Shown here in pieces: positions 20,101 through 29,264 of a stretch of 50,475 nt of DNA. The stretch is taken from NCBI GenBank assembly GCA_002783405.1, contig PFGG01000053.1:1-50475 (forward strand), in the 5' to 3' direction. The notes beneath the pieces are model-generated. The model made no database searches. It was not told the DNA's origin and worked only from the letters and a program-made list of their open reading frames with translations. The position numbers and the translations under genes were made by a program. Source of the DNA: a bacterium (Candidatus Blackallbacteria) CG13_big_fil_rev_8_21_14_2_50_49_14 (GTDB taxonomy: Bacteria; Cyanobacteriota; Sericytochromatia; UBA7694). Each line of letters opens with the position of its first letter. Position 1 is the first letter of the stretch.

Positions 20101-23100
20101 CAGGAAGTTTATATCCATACCCCCATTGCTCCCCCAAGCGCAGGCACCCTTATTACCCCCTTTGTCGTCACTCCGGCCCCCCCCCATGTGGCCCAATTTG
20201 CAGATTCTGATCCCCTCAGCAGTTTTGCGCAACGCGAGGAACTGATGGGAGATGAAATCTTGATCGGTGAATTGCCACGTGATCCCGCCAGCATTGGCAT
20301 TGCCCCCTTGGATCCGGGCCGAACAGCCAATCCAACCGCCACTGACCCCAATAACAACGGTTTTACCTGGGCAGATGCAGATTTTTATGCGAACTTTGGG
20401 GTCTCCACTGAACATTCACCCTTTCCAAGTGAAGCCTATACCGTCAACAATCCCAGTAATTTTATTACAGGGGTTTCCAATGATCGGGGGGTCACCACCA
20501 ATCCCGATACGGCAGCAGCGGGCATAGTGGGAACCGTGGATCGTGTCATGGGTTCAGATATGGATATTGAATACCGAATTTCGATACCCACCCATGATGT
20601 CAACGTCTTGAGAAAAGAAAATAATTTATTGTTTAATTTGGGTTCGATCGACGAAAGGGATTGGGGCCTGGCAGTTCGAAATCCCTATATGGAATTCAGA
20701 ACCTCACCGGGATATACCACAGTGCCCCGCTATCGGGTCGATGCAGGTGGAAATATCTACGATCTTTTTGGCAAAGGCCATTATGAAGACGATGCTGCCC
20801 GAACTGAATTCAGTGCCCTCGATCAGGATTCGGTTCAAAGAGTTTATACCACGGCAGGCGGGGCCACGCTCAATAACCAGGTCAGCAACAGTGACAAAAG
20901 CTATGATTACAGCAATTATGCGGCCTATAATGCCGGTGCAGCCAATTTTGAAGACTATATCACCGGCCACAACCGACTGTCATTAAATGGAGACGACTAC
21001 AATCTCTTTGACTATGTGCCCGATCTGAATCTGGTTCCCGGTGATACAGAAGGCCGCCGCTTTGGTGAAACCTATATCGGGGCACTGCCCAGTAATTTTT
21101 ACTATTACCGCGAAAATCTCGATCAGGGGGTTTCAGGCAGTGGCACGCCCTTTACGGTCGATCCTGAACGCGATGGGGCTTTGGCACGCCTCAATGGCGA
21201 CAGCATGGCCGCCTTGAATTTTAATGGCCGTTTACAAAATCCTTCTGGCCGTTATGACATCGCCGACACAACGGTGGTACACAATCCCAATATGCCAGCC
21301 TGGTCAAGTGTGGTGATTGGCATTGCAGAGCAGGATGCAAAATTGCACAATGCCGAAAGAACCACCTCCAGCGCTTTTTGGCGGGGATTTAAGGCAGATG
21401 TACCACTGGCTTATGCCAAAAATGTCAATTTGGGGCAGACCCAAAATGTTCTGGGGCCAGAAAGGGCTGTCGGCGCCTCCAATTCAGTCTTCGCCACGAT
21501 GCAGGCCGGGGGTTCCAGTATCAGTTTGGAAATGGGCTCTGAAATCAATCGCTCGGGCCATTTGCTCATGAATGAGTGGGTCAATGGAAACATGCAACCC
21601 CATGCCATTCCCCTGCCGCTTTTCGATACCAGTACCTTTCCGCTGAACACCCCAAGCAACTATACTTTTTCTGCCTATGGGCCGGAAACAGTAACCCGAA
21701 CGGGCAGCCAATATATAGCCAATTTTCAGACAGATGTGCTCGATGCCGTGGATGGGCGCAAAGACAGCGTCATAGATCCCAGCTGGGCAGGCACCTTGCT
21801 CACGAATGCAGGAGGAACCGTCTCCGTCAGCCATCCCCCTGCGACCTGGAACAACGGCCTGATTTTGCATGTCGATGACGCAGCCGCTTTCGATGTTGAA
21901 GGCCCCCGCAATGAAGTCACGCTGGGCACAGATACCGCCACCCGGTACCGGGTGGTGTATAAAAACCCCACGGCCAGCCCGCAAACCTTGTTTTTGGTTC
22001 CCATCGCAGGGAGCGTACCCGCAGCCTATCAGAATTTTGTGCATACCGATCTACAGGTACGTCAGATCGTCGGCGAATATACGGTCAGTGTCACAGATCC
22101 AGCGGGTATTCCCAGCGCTTCAGGCACGCATCTGAAAATCGACTATGATGATCGGGGAACGCAAACTCCCGGTCAATTGGTCTCTGTTGCACTTTCTGCC
22201 GAGATGGATCGGGTCGGCAGATTTGCGCTCGATGATCCACGGGTGCCTGGGGTAGAAAGCGATGATCCCGCCACCCCCAGCGTGAATGAAGGGCAGAGAA
22301 TTGCCCCTGAAATTTTCAACTCCCCCCGAGGCTATGTTCAAAGCGACGCCCAACTCAGTTTAAACCTGGTCAGTCAAGACAAAGACGGCAATCTGCGTCC
22401 GCGAAAACTGAAGTCTGTGCGGGTTGAAATAGAGCATGGGGAACAGCTGATTCCCCATCAGGTGGCACAAGCCTATACCACCACAGGCCCCTTTGATATC
22501 AACGGAGAATGGCCGATTGCGATTTTTGAAGGTGATACCCAACTCAATCCCTATGTCAGCACAGATCTGGGGATTTTAGTCGGTCATTATCAGGGCATCA
22601 GCGATGGCAGCAATGCCATGAACAGTGTCTCCCCTTCGCTTGAGCTGATCTCCACAGAGGGCTTTGCGGTCGGGCAGGAAATTTCAGTCAACGGCGAAAA
22701 ACGCCTGGTTGCTGGCATTTCAGGCAATACCCTGAGCTTGGACAGCCCCTTGAGCACCCTTCCCCAACCAGGGGATCGTCTCAATTTGGGCAATGGTCTG
22801 GGAACCCGTGAACTCTCACTTTTTCTCAACAAATCCTATGCTATGTCAGCCGGTGCCCCAATCCGTATCCATCTGGAATATGATGAATACGATGTGATCG
22901 GATTTCCTCCCCGAATAGATACCTCGGCTCCTGTACGCAGTACCCAGGAGACGATCGGATTCAGCGATCCCAATACCGCTCAGCGGATGCAGATTCTGGA
23001 ATCCAATACCGGCGATGGAAGTGCAGGCAGTCCCATCGCTGTTCAATCGACCCTGGGATTCAATCCCGGTGATGTGGTGAATATCAACAGTGTGACACGG

Positions 23101-23472
23101 CGAATTACAGCCCTTGATAATGTGGGCAATACCCTGACCCTGGATCGCCCCTTGACCACCTCACTGGGTCAAACCCTGAGCAGTGGCACCATTTACCGCA
23201 GCGACTACGAAGACTTCGTACAGGTCGGTCCTGGCCGTTCAGGGGGAAGTTTTGAAAACGACTTGACCCAAGAACTCAAACGGATCATCGACAATCCTGA
23301 ATACCAGGAACTCTTACGTTACGGTCTGATGAAAAATCTCTTTATCAGTGCAGCCAGCAATGATCCCTTCGGCAATCTGATCAGTTCAAAACTCTTTTTA
23401 AACTGGATGCGCAATAAACGTCAGATGGAAATCAGCCAAACATCTTTTATGGCCTATTATAAGTCCATTTGA
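17176..23472 (+). CDS. Giant hypothetical protein (2098 aa) with an N-terminal coiled coil and no signal peptide. It is Gly/Pro/Asp/Thr/Asn-rich and carries three copies of a ~40-aa F.VGD.I.I.G....IT.L....TL.LD.PL motif
   Basis: A single uninterrupted 6.3-kb ORF sits 22 nt after the propeller gene, with RBS CAGGAGAAAGG. The motif copies begin near aa 848 (GFTVGDAILIGGAGPYTITGL), aa 1833 (GFAVGQEISVNGEKRLVAGISGNTLSLDSPL) and aa 1957 (GFNPGDVVNINSVTRRITALDNVGNTLTLDRPL). No family could be assigned from the sequence alone. Confidence 0.8.
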   Translation: MSSIFSSRLYSHLTQDLNQTRLENYQVNRFQRTVEQQAAQGEREKLLREGLEYHQAKMADMQTRLNEVLEKLNNAYRRYVDNKTMYRKVAQEEKYMGTSQLLNDLPNIDNPSGLPGVYPTGPAGILPFDDPGRIRNYSYNPFFGSKAIDESDKTLNRTHWQVPNEILEKSYTENGAFWSSIAYLWGWDLDRINAAYATTSNANNLQVNVTALQPNKPQYPPLRPGDRFPLNWSDGPSGTLQDYPAINIRGLRPGGVDYSHATDSLGTGGDELTYTANIIGPPSGNGAGTPPSGGNPFYVDNGTFLAAGDTVTINKSGGGDPNQTLSAVVPLAPGDPFYDPAFPNRRKIYTNGPAYGSPVDSGSIQKSVPSSTAHMNVVGKNSVNWGWEFDDLPLSLEVTSVSTQPDGNTIPTGYKVVYDIPPTHPFYEEFKVLNGTEPKITDAPTEMVKERLNNAGFDYTGSVYFPGSNVVGFQVGPLFRTSRGAWVVSQPGENEYAAPGHYTFADGPIAAFDLITCLPGLSLTDATQVSFRYRYRVHQNSAQFGSTWDDSGPGVPSRFGFSRHDWSSNPAQPDVYGGGNTFGTPMPSTYRTITNESIQTAGGAPINISLGSPKNPNTFGSDYLKTSGYEELVAQIVPVPGRDDAVRVQFLFEGDLNALEIEITDFQIVSYDGTLNTWEQGKYTPGNVNPVIWEGDPQITQADSPEEVISKYVPNTYQFTQFNDQYTNAFNIADRNDIVRSPWEFGLLNMDSGSGLSGELWLDLNGRRLNLDHDAVVDQIKVWDESIAAPVQANTDILESAAIAKAYAFIPVEHPDDDCGPNPEMEVIAGSGPGNPFNADAPTGGIRVDSVAGFTVGDAILIGGAGPYTITGLVNDAGSPATLTTDPVFDNPAIPSYEYRPPFDSLPAGDRLGTSLPVDPSSDFPLTLGGTTYTTYGELAAAFPPPAWHPAAGNPLDPLYWVEYTQSTSPAVPGRQEVYIHTPIAPPSAGTLITPFVVTPAPPHVAQFADSDPLSSFAQREELMGDEILIGELPRDPASIGIAPLDPGRTANPTATDPNNNGFTWADADFYANFGVSTEHSPFPSEAYTVNNPSNFITGVSNDRGVTTNPDTAAAGIVGTVDRVMGSDMDIEYRISIPTHDVNVLRKENNLLFNLGSIDERDWGLAVRNPYMEFRTSPGYTTVPRYRVDAGGNIYDLFGKGHYEDDAARTEFSALDQDSVQRVYTTAGGATLNNQVSNSDKSYDYSNYAAYNAGAANFEDYITGHNRLSLNGDDYNLFDYVPDLNLVPGDTEGRRFGETYIGALPSNFYYYRENLDQGVSGSGTPFTVDPERDGALARLNGDSMAALNFNGRLQNPSGRYDIADTTVVHNPNMPAWSSVVIGIAEQDAKLHNAERTTSSAFWRGFKADVPLAYAKNVNLGQTQNVLGPERAVGASNSVFATMQAGGSSISLEMGSEINRSGHLLMNEWVNGNMQPHAIPLPLFDTSTFPLNTPSNYTFSAYGPETVTRTGSQYIANFQTDVLDAVDGRKDSVIDPSWAGTLLTNAGGTVSVSHPPATWNNGLILHVDDAAAFDVEGPRNEVTLGTDTATRYRVVYKNPTASPQTLFLVPIAGSVPAAYQNFVHTDLQVRQIVGEYTVSVTDPAGIPSASGTHLKIDYDDRGTQTPGQLVSVALSAEMDRVGRFALDDPRVPGVESDDPATPSVNEGQRIAPEIFNSPRGYVQSDAQLSLNLVSQDKDGNLRPRKLKSVRVEIEHGEQLIPHQVAQAYTTTGPFDINGEWPIAIFEGDTQLNPYVSTDLGILVGHYQGISDGSNAMNSVSPSLELISTEGFAVGQEISVNGEKRLVAGISGNTLSLDSPLSTLPQPGDRLNLGNGLGTRELSLFLNKSYAMSAGAPIRIHLEYDEYDVIGFPPRIDTSAPVRSTQETIGFSDPNTAQRMQILESNTGDGSAGSPIAVQSTLGFNPGDVVNINSVTRRITALDNVGNTLTLDRPLTTSLGQTLSSGTIYRSDYEDFVQVGPGRSGGSFENDLTQELKRIIDNPEYQELLRYGLMKNLFISAASNDPFGNLISSKLFLNWMRNKRQMEISQTSFMAYYKSI

Positions 23473-24143
23473 GTTTCGGGGCTGACCAGACGGTAGCCCA
23501 AGCCCCGAACGGTTTGAATCAGATGGGTACCAAAAGGTTTGTCTATTTTTTGACGCAGATACGAAATATAGACATCAATCGTCGCAGGCGCAACCTCGGG
23601 ATCTTCCCACACCCTTTCAGCCAGTTGCAGTCGGCTGAGTATCTGCCCCTGGTGTTGAAGCAGATATTCCAATAAGCGGTACTCCTGTTGGGTAAGCGGG
23701 ATTTCAACCCCTTCATGCGTCAGGCGATGGGCCTGTAAATCCAATTTCAAAGTGCCCGTTTGCAGGGCCGTGCTTTTGGCTTTGCTCTGGCGTCTGAGCA
23801 AGGCCCTGACCCGCGCCAGCAGTTCATCAAACTCAAAGGGTTTGGCCAAATAATCATCTGCGCCTAAATTCAAGCCCTGGACACGATCCTGAACCTGCCC
23901 ACGCGCACTGAGCATCAGAATGGGCGTTTCCAACTTGGCTTCACGCAGTTTCCGACAGATTTGCAAGCCATCCAGGCCCGGCAGCATCAAATCGAGCAAA
24001 ATCAAATCATGCTCACCCATCAAGGCAGCATGGAATCCAGCCTTGCCGTCTTTAACGATTTCTACCCAATAGGACTCTTCTTCCAGGCCTTGGGCAATCA
24101 GGCGCGCAAGTTTCGGTTCATCTTCAATTAAGAGAATTCGCAT
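23457..24143 (-). CDS. OmpR/PhoB-family response regulator (CusR/CopR-like)
   Basis: The REC domain has D-D...D54-like LLDLMLPGLDG and the K of AKPF. The C-terminal winged-helix trans_reg_C domain carries TVRGLGYRL. It is convergent with the giant ORF and overlaps its end by 16 nt. Confidence 0.93.
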   Translation of the reverse strand: MRILLIEDEPKLARLIAQGLEEESYWVEIVKDGKAGFHAALMGEHDLILLDLMLPGLDGLQICRKLREAKLETPILMLSARGQVQDRVQGLNLGADDYLAKPFEFDELLARVRALLRRQSKAKSTALQTGTLKLDLQAHRLTHEGVEIPLTQQEYRLLEYLLQHQGQILSRLQLAERVWEDPEVAPATIDVYISYLRQKIDKPFGTHLIQTVRGLGYRLVSPETQMDL

Positions 24144-24422
24144 GCATCCTATCCTAACATTCCCTTGCGCTCAGTAAACTTTAAGTTTTCCTCAAGAAAG
24201 TATCAAGCTTGATTGCTGTTTAAGCATGCCCCTTATCTAGTTTGTATCAATTTAAAGCCCTCGCCCAGGACGGAGACTCCCTCTGCGCGAACAATCACTC
24301 AGTTCCCACAGCCCTTTTCTTGCTAGAATTTTCAGGTTAAACTAAACATATACTTCAGAATTCAATAATATCTGGCTATAACAATAACTCAATAACTTTG
24401 AGTCCAAAGGAAAATTTCGAGC

Positions 24423-25061
24423 ATGTCCGAATTGTCCATCCATCCCGCCATGATGGCCCTCAGCTACGACAGCAACCGCAACGGCAAGGTCAGCGACGAA
24501 CTTAAGGTCAAGCAAAACGCCGAGACCCTGCGCGCCATCGGTGGCGATGCCGAAGTTACCGTCATGGAGCTCGCCACCGCCCTCAGAAACGACAAGGTCG
24601 TCATCAATAACGGTGAGATTCAGGCCAAGTCCGGCCCCGTCCCGCGCGTCGCCCTATTCAACAACTACGGCAGTATCCAGGCTGAGGTTCAGAATATTCG
24701 TGACCAGCTGAGTAGCTCAGCCACAGCTCCCAAGGAACTCCCCCTTGAACCAGACTCAGATTCTGATCGTTTCAACCAGGAGCTCAGTGCTCTCGATAGC
24801 GATTACGAAAAGGTCTTTCAGGCCGCCAACGAGGGACATCTCAAACTTAAACAAAGCGCAGACAGCCTCAATGATCCTACCCTCAAGAGTCTGATCGCCA
24901 AAGGTGATCTCCTTTTCCGCTTCATGCCCAGCTTTCAGATTACCGAAGATCACGACTTCAGCCGTCTGATGTACGCCAAGCAGCAAGAACGCTTCATCCA
25001 CTCGACGCAAGACTATTTCAAGGCCATCGCCGATCATCTCAGCGAAGCCAATAAGTCCTGA
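24423..25061 (+). CDS. Hypothetical protein (212 aa) whose codon usage is sharply different from its neighbours
   Basis: A clean ORF with a 280-bp upstream non-coding region. The gene uses CTC, AAG, GTC and GAC heavily, while surrounding genes use CTG/TTG and AAA. No recognisable motif. Confidence 0.6.
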   Translation: MSELSIHPAMMALSYDSNRNGKVSDELKVKQNAETLRAIGGDAEVTVMELATALRNDKVVINNGEIQAKSGPVPRVALFNNYGSIQAEVQNIRDQLSSSATAPKELPLEPDSDSDRFNQELSALDSDYEKVFQAANEGHLKLKQSADSLNDPTLKSLIAKGDLLFRFMPSFQITEDHDFSRLMYAKQQERFIHSTQDYFKAIADHLSEANKS

Positions 25062-25109
25062 AATCAGCAATGACAAAAAAACGGGGGGCATGGGGCACTG
25101 GGATGGCTT

Positions 25110-28100
25110 CTAAAGCAAGGCTTCGGCGGCTTGTATTTCAGCCAACATGCCCAAACGTTTGGCCAATTTGATACTTTTTTTCCAATGGCTTCGGGCTGAA
25201 CTCAGTTGTTCCTGAAACTGCGCAATTTTTCCCTGATAGAGTTCAAAACGTGGGCCCGCCATGGGAAAACGATGGGCAAATTCCTGAAAGGCTTCCCGCA
25301 GTTCCAATACGCTTTGGGGCAAACAGGCCATTTCTCCTGCACCTTCACAGTGCAAAAGATATTCCATTTCGGCGGTAAAGACTTCAAGATCCGTCGCTGA
25401 AATCGCTTCCTGGCTATTGTCCTTCAGATCGACCAATTCCTGGGCCAGTCGATGGGCCTGTTGGAGATCTCCTGCTTTTAAAGCCAGGCGCAAGAGGATG
25501 GCCTGAGATTGCACCCTCAACCGGCCCCCCAGACTCTCCGCCAGGGCGCGCGATTGTTTGGCAAGAGAAAGTGCCAATTGAATTCTGTCCTGGAGCAAAT
25601 GCACGCGGGCCTGGGTTTCAAGTGAACGGGATTCCAACTCCTTGTCCCCCCTTTGGCGCGCCAATTGCGAAGATTGTTGTGAGAGTTCAAGGGCCCGCTC
25701 TATTTGGCCCTGATAAAAACGAACCTGCGCCAAAAGTCCCATGCTTTCATTGCAGTGGCGTAAATCCTTCTGGCGACGGTAGAGTTCGGTGGATTGAAAC
25801 AATCCGTACTCAGCCTGCTCCCATTGGGCCTGACCCAAACTGTATAAACCTGTCAGCTGAAAAACCCAGGCCCGGCTGGAAAGATCGTCCAAAACTTCGG
25901 CCTGTTGCAAGGCTTTGCGCGCAAAATATTCAGCAATCGGACGCTGCCCCAAAAAACCACAGATCAAGGCGATATTGGCATAGGCCCGCGCCAATTGGGG
26001 AGAGGGGCCAGCCTCTTCACAGAGATTGACAATCAAAAGTGCATTGTAAAGGCCCAAGGTCTTTTCGCCATTCAAATAATAAATTTGCCCCAGGCGCTCA
26101 CAGGTCTGAGCGGCTGCCAGAAGGCGCTTTTTTTCATCGGGATCAATCCAAACCTGTCCGGGTCGAATGCGGTGACGCAATTGCGTTAAAATCTGAGGCA
26201 AAAGTTGACGGGGAGCCAAATCTGCCGGAGGAGGCGGCCAACCGGAAAGCGTCAGAGATTTTTGCAGATGCCTTTGACTTTCGGTCAATTGACCCAATCC
26301 ATAATGGGCTTCGCCCAGACCTTGATGCACCGTCGCCATCCAGTCGTGGCTCATTTCAAAACCGGCATGCTGCAAACTTTGCAAGAGAAAGAAAATCGCC
26401 TGCTGGTACAAACCATCCTCCAAAGCTGACTGACCTGAAATCAAAAGATATTGACAAGACTTGACGGCAACACGGGCCTGGGTCCAGTGATAGGCCAAAA
26501 GCGTGGCATGGGCTGTGAGATCATCTTCAAATTCTTGCTCCAGCCAGGCCGCTACCTGCTGGTGAAGCTCCCGTCTCTGCTCTGAGAGCAAAAGACTGTA
26601 GATGGCCTGGTGAGTCAAATTGTGGCGAAAAACATAGGAAAGGCTCGGAAAAACCCCCACCAATTGAATCATATTGATATTTTCAAGTGCTCTGAGCGAA
26701 TCCAAGAGGCCTTCGCGATCCTGAACCAGGGGGTAAATATCATAGAGGGCCTTGAAATCAAATTGCCGGCCAATGACACTGGCGATTTTCATGGCCAACT
26801 GCTGAGTCGGTAAAAGCCGATCAAGACGGCTGACAATCGCCCCTTCGATTGAATTTGGCAATTGCAGCTGTCGCAGCTCTTCCGGACTCAAGGAGAGTTC
26901 ACATTGGCCCTGGTTGACCTTTAAATGTCCATTTTCACGCAAACTCAACGCCAATTCCTGGCTGAAAAAAGGGTGGCCTTCGGCACGTGAAGCAATCAAA
27001 TCCAAAACTGCTGCGGGCACGCTGTGAACCCCCAGCTTACTGGCCACCAGGGTCTCAATTTCTGCAGCAGGCATGCGACCCAAAATCATATGCTCTGCCA
27101 GAGGCGATTTCTGTAAATTTTCCCAGGCTCTCAGGCAGATCTGGGGAGTCTTATCGTCGGCATTGGCCAAAGGGCGACAAACGAGCACAACCATCAATCC
27201 GGGTACTTCATAGCGTACCTGTTCCACCAATTGCCACGACAGACTGTCTAACCACTGGCTGTCATCCAAGACCACGATCAAGGGTTCAACACTCACGGCA
27301 TCCTGCAAGACTGCCGTCAAAATATCCAAGGTGTTCTGAATCCGTGCTTCCCCCCGAAAAGAGAGGGTGGTGGCATTATCAGGAATTTCAAGATCTAAAA
27401 CCGGCCCCAAGAGCGGAATATATTCACTTAAATGGGGATAAAAACTCATATGTCCCCGCAACTGTTCAAGTCGCAGACGCGAAGGCAGATGAACAGAAAT
27501 CCCCAAAAGATCGCAAAACACACGCTGCCAGGCATACCAGGGCGTATGTTGCTGCAGGGCATCGGCCTCGGTCATCAGCAAGGCCGAACCTAAGCGCGCT
27601 GCTTCAGTCTGAAGATGGCGCACCAGCGTGGTTTTACCTACCCCCGCTTCACCCTCCAGAAAAACCAGGCTTGAACTGCGGTATTGACTGAGTTGGCGGG
27701 CTATCTCTAAAAGCTTCTCAGTTTCTGCCAAACGTCCGACTTGCGAATCATAGTGAAAATGGCGGGCCAGCGCCATGCGGGGAGAATAGATCTCAAGTGG
27801 CGTATTCTTGCCTTTGAGCAGAACAGGCGCCAGTTCATCAAATTCAAATTGGGACTGCGTTAAACTCCAAGTTTGACGATCGACGACAATCTTTTCTTTT
27901 GCAAACTGCATCAAACGTGCAGCCGTATTGACCGTATCCCCCAAAAGTGTATATTCCCGTCGCCAGTCGGAGCCCACTTCACCACAAAAAACACGACCAC
28001 TGGTAATGCCCATCGAGGCGGTTAACGAAAAACCTGCAAGCAAAGACTCCAATTCCAAGGCTGCAGTGACTGCGCGTTGTGCATTGTTTTCATGCGAAGC

Positions 28101-29036
28101 AGGCGGCAAGCCGAAGACAGACAGCAAGGAAAGCCCTTTTTCATCCAGATTGATTTTATTGACGGTTCCACCATGAAAGGAAATTTTTTCTTGAATCAAA
28201 GAAAGCCAACGGGGAAGTTGCTCTGGCGTTAAGGCTGGCAGTAAAAGGAAAAGTACTGAAACTGTGCGCAATTCAGCCAGCCAGTTTTGCTGCCCTGCAG
28301 CAAGCCGGTAGCGCACCACCTCAGGTAAATAATTTAAGAGCCAGGCATCGGGCAAGGCTGTTTCTTGAAAATAGGGCTCATTGGGTCGTGAAATATCGGG
28401 TAAGGTATGAAGAATGCCATAGTGTTCAGCTATCGCTTGATACCCAGTTTCCGGCGGGCACCAACTCAAGGCCTGGGGCCCCAAAACCACTTGGCCAGGC
28501 TGGGCCATACCTTCAGCGGCAAAAGCACTCGAAACCCCTGCGCCGGAAAGAATCAGCTCCCAGTGTTGGTGGCGGTTCTGTAAATGCAAAAAGAGCAAAT
28601 CACCCCATTCCAAACCAATCCGAATCTGAAGTGGCATGGGCATTTTCGTGCGCAAGCCCTGACTGAGCACCTGCATTTCAAGCGCACAGGCAGCGGCCCG
28701 AGAGATCAGCATGGCATTGGATTCAGGCACCAGCGATCGGCTCCAGACAGCCAGCAGCGCATCACCTGCAAACTTTATTACATCGCCATCCCAGGCGCGG
28801 ATACGCTCTAAAAGACCGCCAAAATACAAATTCAAGGTTTGACTCAGGGTTTCTATTCCCTCAGAACCTTCTTGTCCCAATTGTTCTGCAAGTCGTGTAA
28901 ATCCGGAAATATCCGCGAAAAGCACGATTCCTTGATCACTCCAAAGAAAAGGCAGCTGATCAGGCCCACGACTAAGACGTTGCCTGACAACCCGGGGAAC
29001 ATAACCAGAAAACAGAGATTCCAAGCTTGTTTGCAT
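25110..29036 (-). CDS. Signalling protein with tandem class III adenylate/guanylate cyclase domains, an AAA/STAND NTPase and TPR repeats
   Basis: Two cyclase homology domain blocks (FADISGFT ... FAGDALLAVW and FHGGTVNKI ... GDTVNTAARL). Then a Walker A motif GEAGVGKTTL. Then about 400 aa of TPR-like helical repeats. 1308 aa. Confidence 0.88.
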   Translation of the reverse strand: MQTSLESLFSGYVPRVVRQRLSRGPDQLPFLWSDQGIVLFADISGFTRLAEQLGQEGSEGIETLSQTLNLYFGGLLERIRAWDGDVIKFAGDALLAVWSRSLVPESNAMLISRAAACALEMQVLSQGLRTKMPMPLQIRIGLEWGDLLFLHLQNRHQHWELILSGAGVSSAFAAEGMAQPGQVVLGPQALSWCPPETGYQAIAEHYGILHTLPDISRPNEPYFQETALPDAWLLNYLPEVVRYRLAAGQQNWLAELRTVSVLFLLLPALTPEQLPRWLSLIQEKISFHGGTVNKINLDEKGLSLLSVFGLPPASHENNAQRAVTAALELESLLAGFSLTASMGITSGRVFCGEVGSDWRREYTLLGDTVNTAARLMQFAKEKIVVDRQTWSLTQSQFEFDELAPVLLKGKNTPLEIYSPRMALARHFHYDSQVGRLAETEKLLEIARQLSQYRSSSLVFLEGEAGVGKTTLVRHLQTEAARLGSALLMTEADALQQHTPWYAWQRVFCDLLGISVHLPSRLRLEQLRGHMSFYPHLSEYIPLLGPVLDLEIPDNATTLSFRGEARIQNTLDILTAVLQDAVSVEPLIVVLDDSQWLDSLSWQLVEQVRYEVPGLMVVLVCRPLANADDKTPQICLRAWENLQKSPLAEHMILGRMPAAEIETLVASKLGVHSVPAAVLDLIASRAEGHPFFSQELALSLRENGHLKVNQGQCELSLSPEELRQLQLPNSIEGAIVSRLDRLLPTQQLAMKIASVIGRQFDFKALYDIYPLVQDREGLLDSLRALENINMIQLVGVFPSLSYVFRHNLTHQAIYSLLLSEQRRELHQQVAAWLEQEFEDDLTAHATLLAYHWTQARVAVKSCQYLLISGQSALEDGLYQQAIFFLLQSLQHAGFEMSHDWMATVHQGLGEAHYGLGQLTESQRHLQKSLTLSGWPPPPADLAPRQLLPQILTQLRHRIRPGQVWIDPDEKKRLLAAAQTCERLGQIYYLNGEKTLGLYNALLIVNLCEEAGPSPQLARAYANIALICGFLGQRPIAEYFARKALQQAEVLDDLSSRAWVFQLTGLYSLGQAQWEQAEYGLFQSTELYRRQKDLRHCNESMGLLAQVRFYQGQIERALELSQQSSQLARQRGDKELESRSLETQARVHLLQDRIQLALSLAKQSRALAESLGGRLRVQSQAILLRLALKAGDLQQAHRLAQELVDLKDNSQEAISATDLEVFTAEMEYLLHCEGAGEMACLPQSVLELREAFQEFAHRFPMAGPRFELYQGKIAQFQEQLSSARSHWKKSIKLAKRLGMLAEIQAAEALL

Positions 29037-29264
29037 AATTTTTTACTGTCTGTTCTTAATTGTATCAAGAGCGTCTCAGCCCTGCGTGAATTATTTTGAA
29101 AATGAAAGGTTTTGCGAGAAAGTCGACATGGGCGGTCTGGGCATAAAATTAAGAAAAGTTTAAATTTTTTTGAGATTCACCCTCCTCAGCCTCTCTGCTT
29201 TCAGGTAAAATGAGAAACAGTGTGCTCATCTAGAGCATCTAATTGAACCCAGAAAGGTTACTAC

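Noticed and set aside
17396-23046. Many short ORFs on both strands inside the 6.3-kb giant gene
   Set aside because: All are embedded in one long continuous frame whose codon usage is consistent throughout. They are typical shadow ORFs.
29037-29264. Possible autoregulatory leader structure upstream of rpsD
   Set aside because: Only imperfect short inverted repeats were seen, and no convincing pseudoknot or hairpin could be defined by eye.
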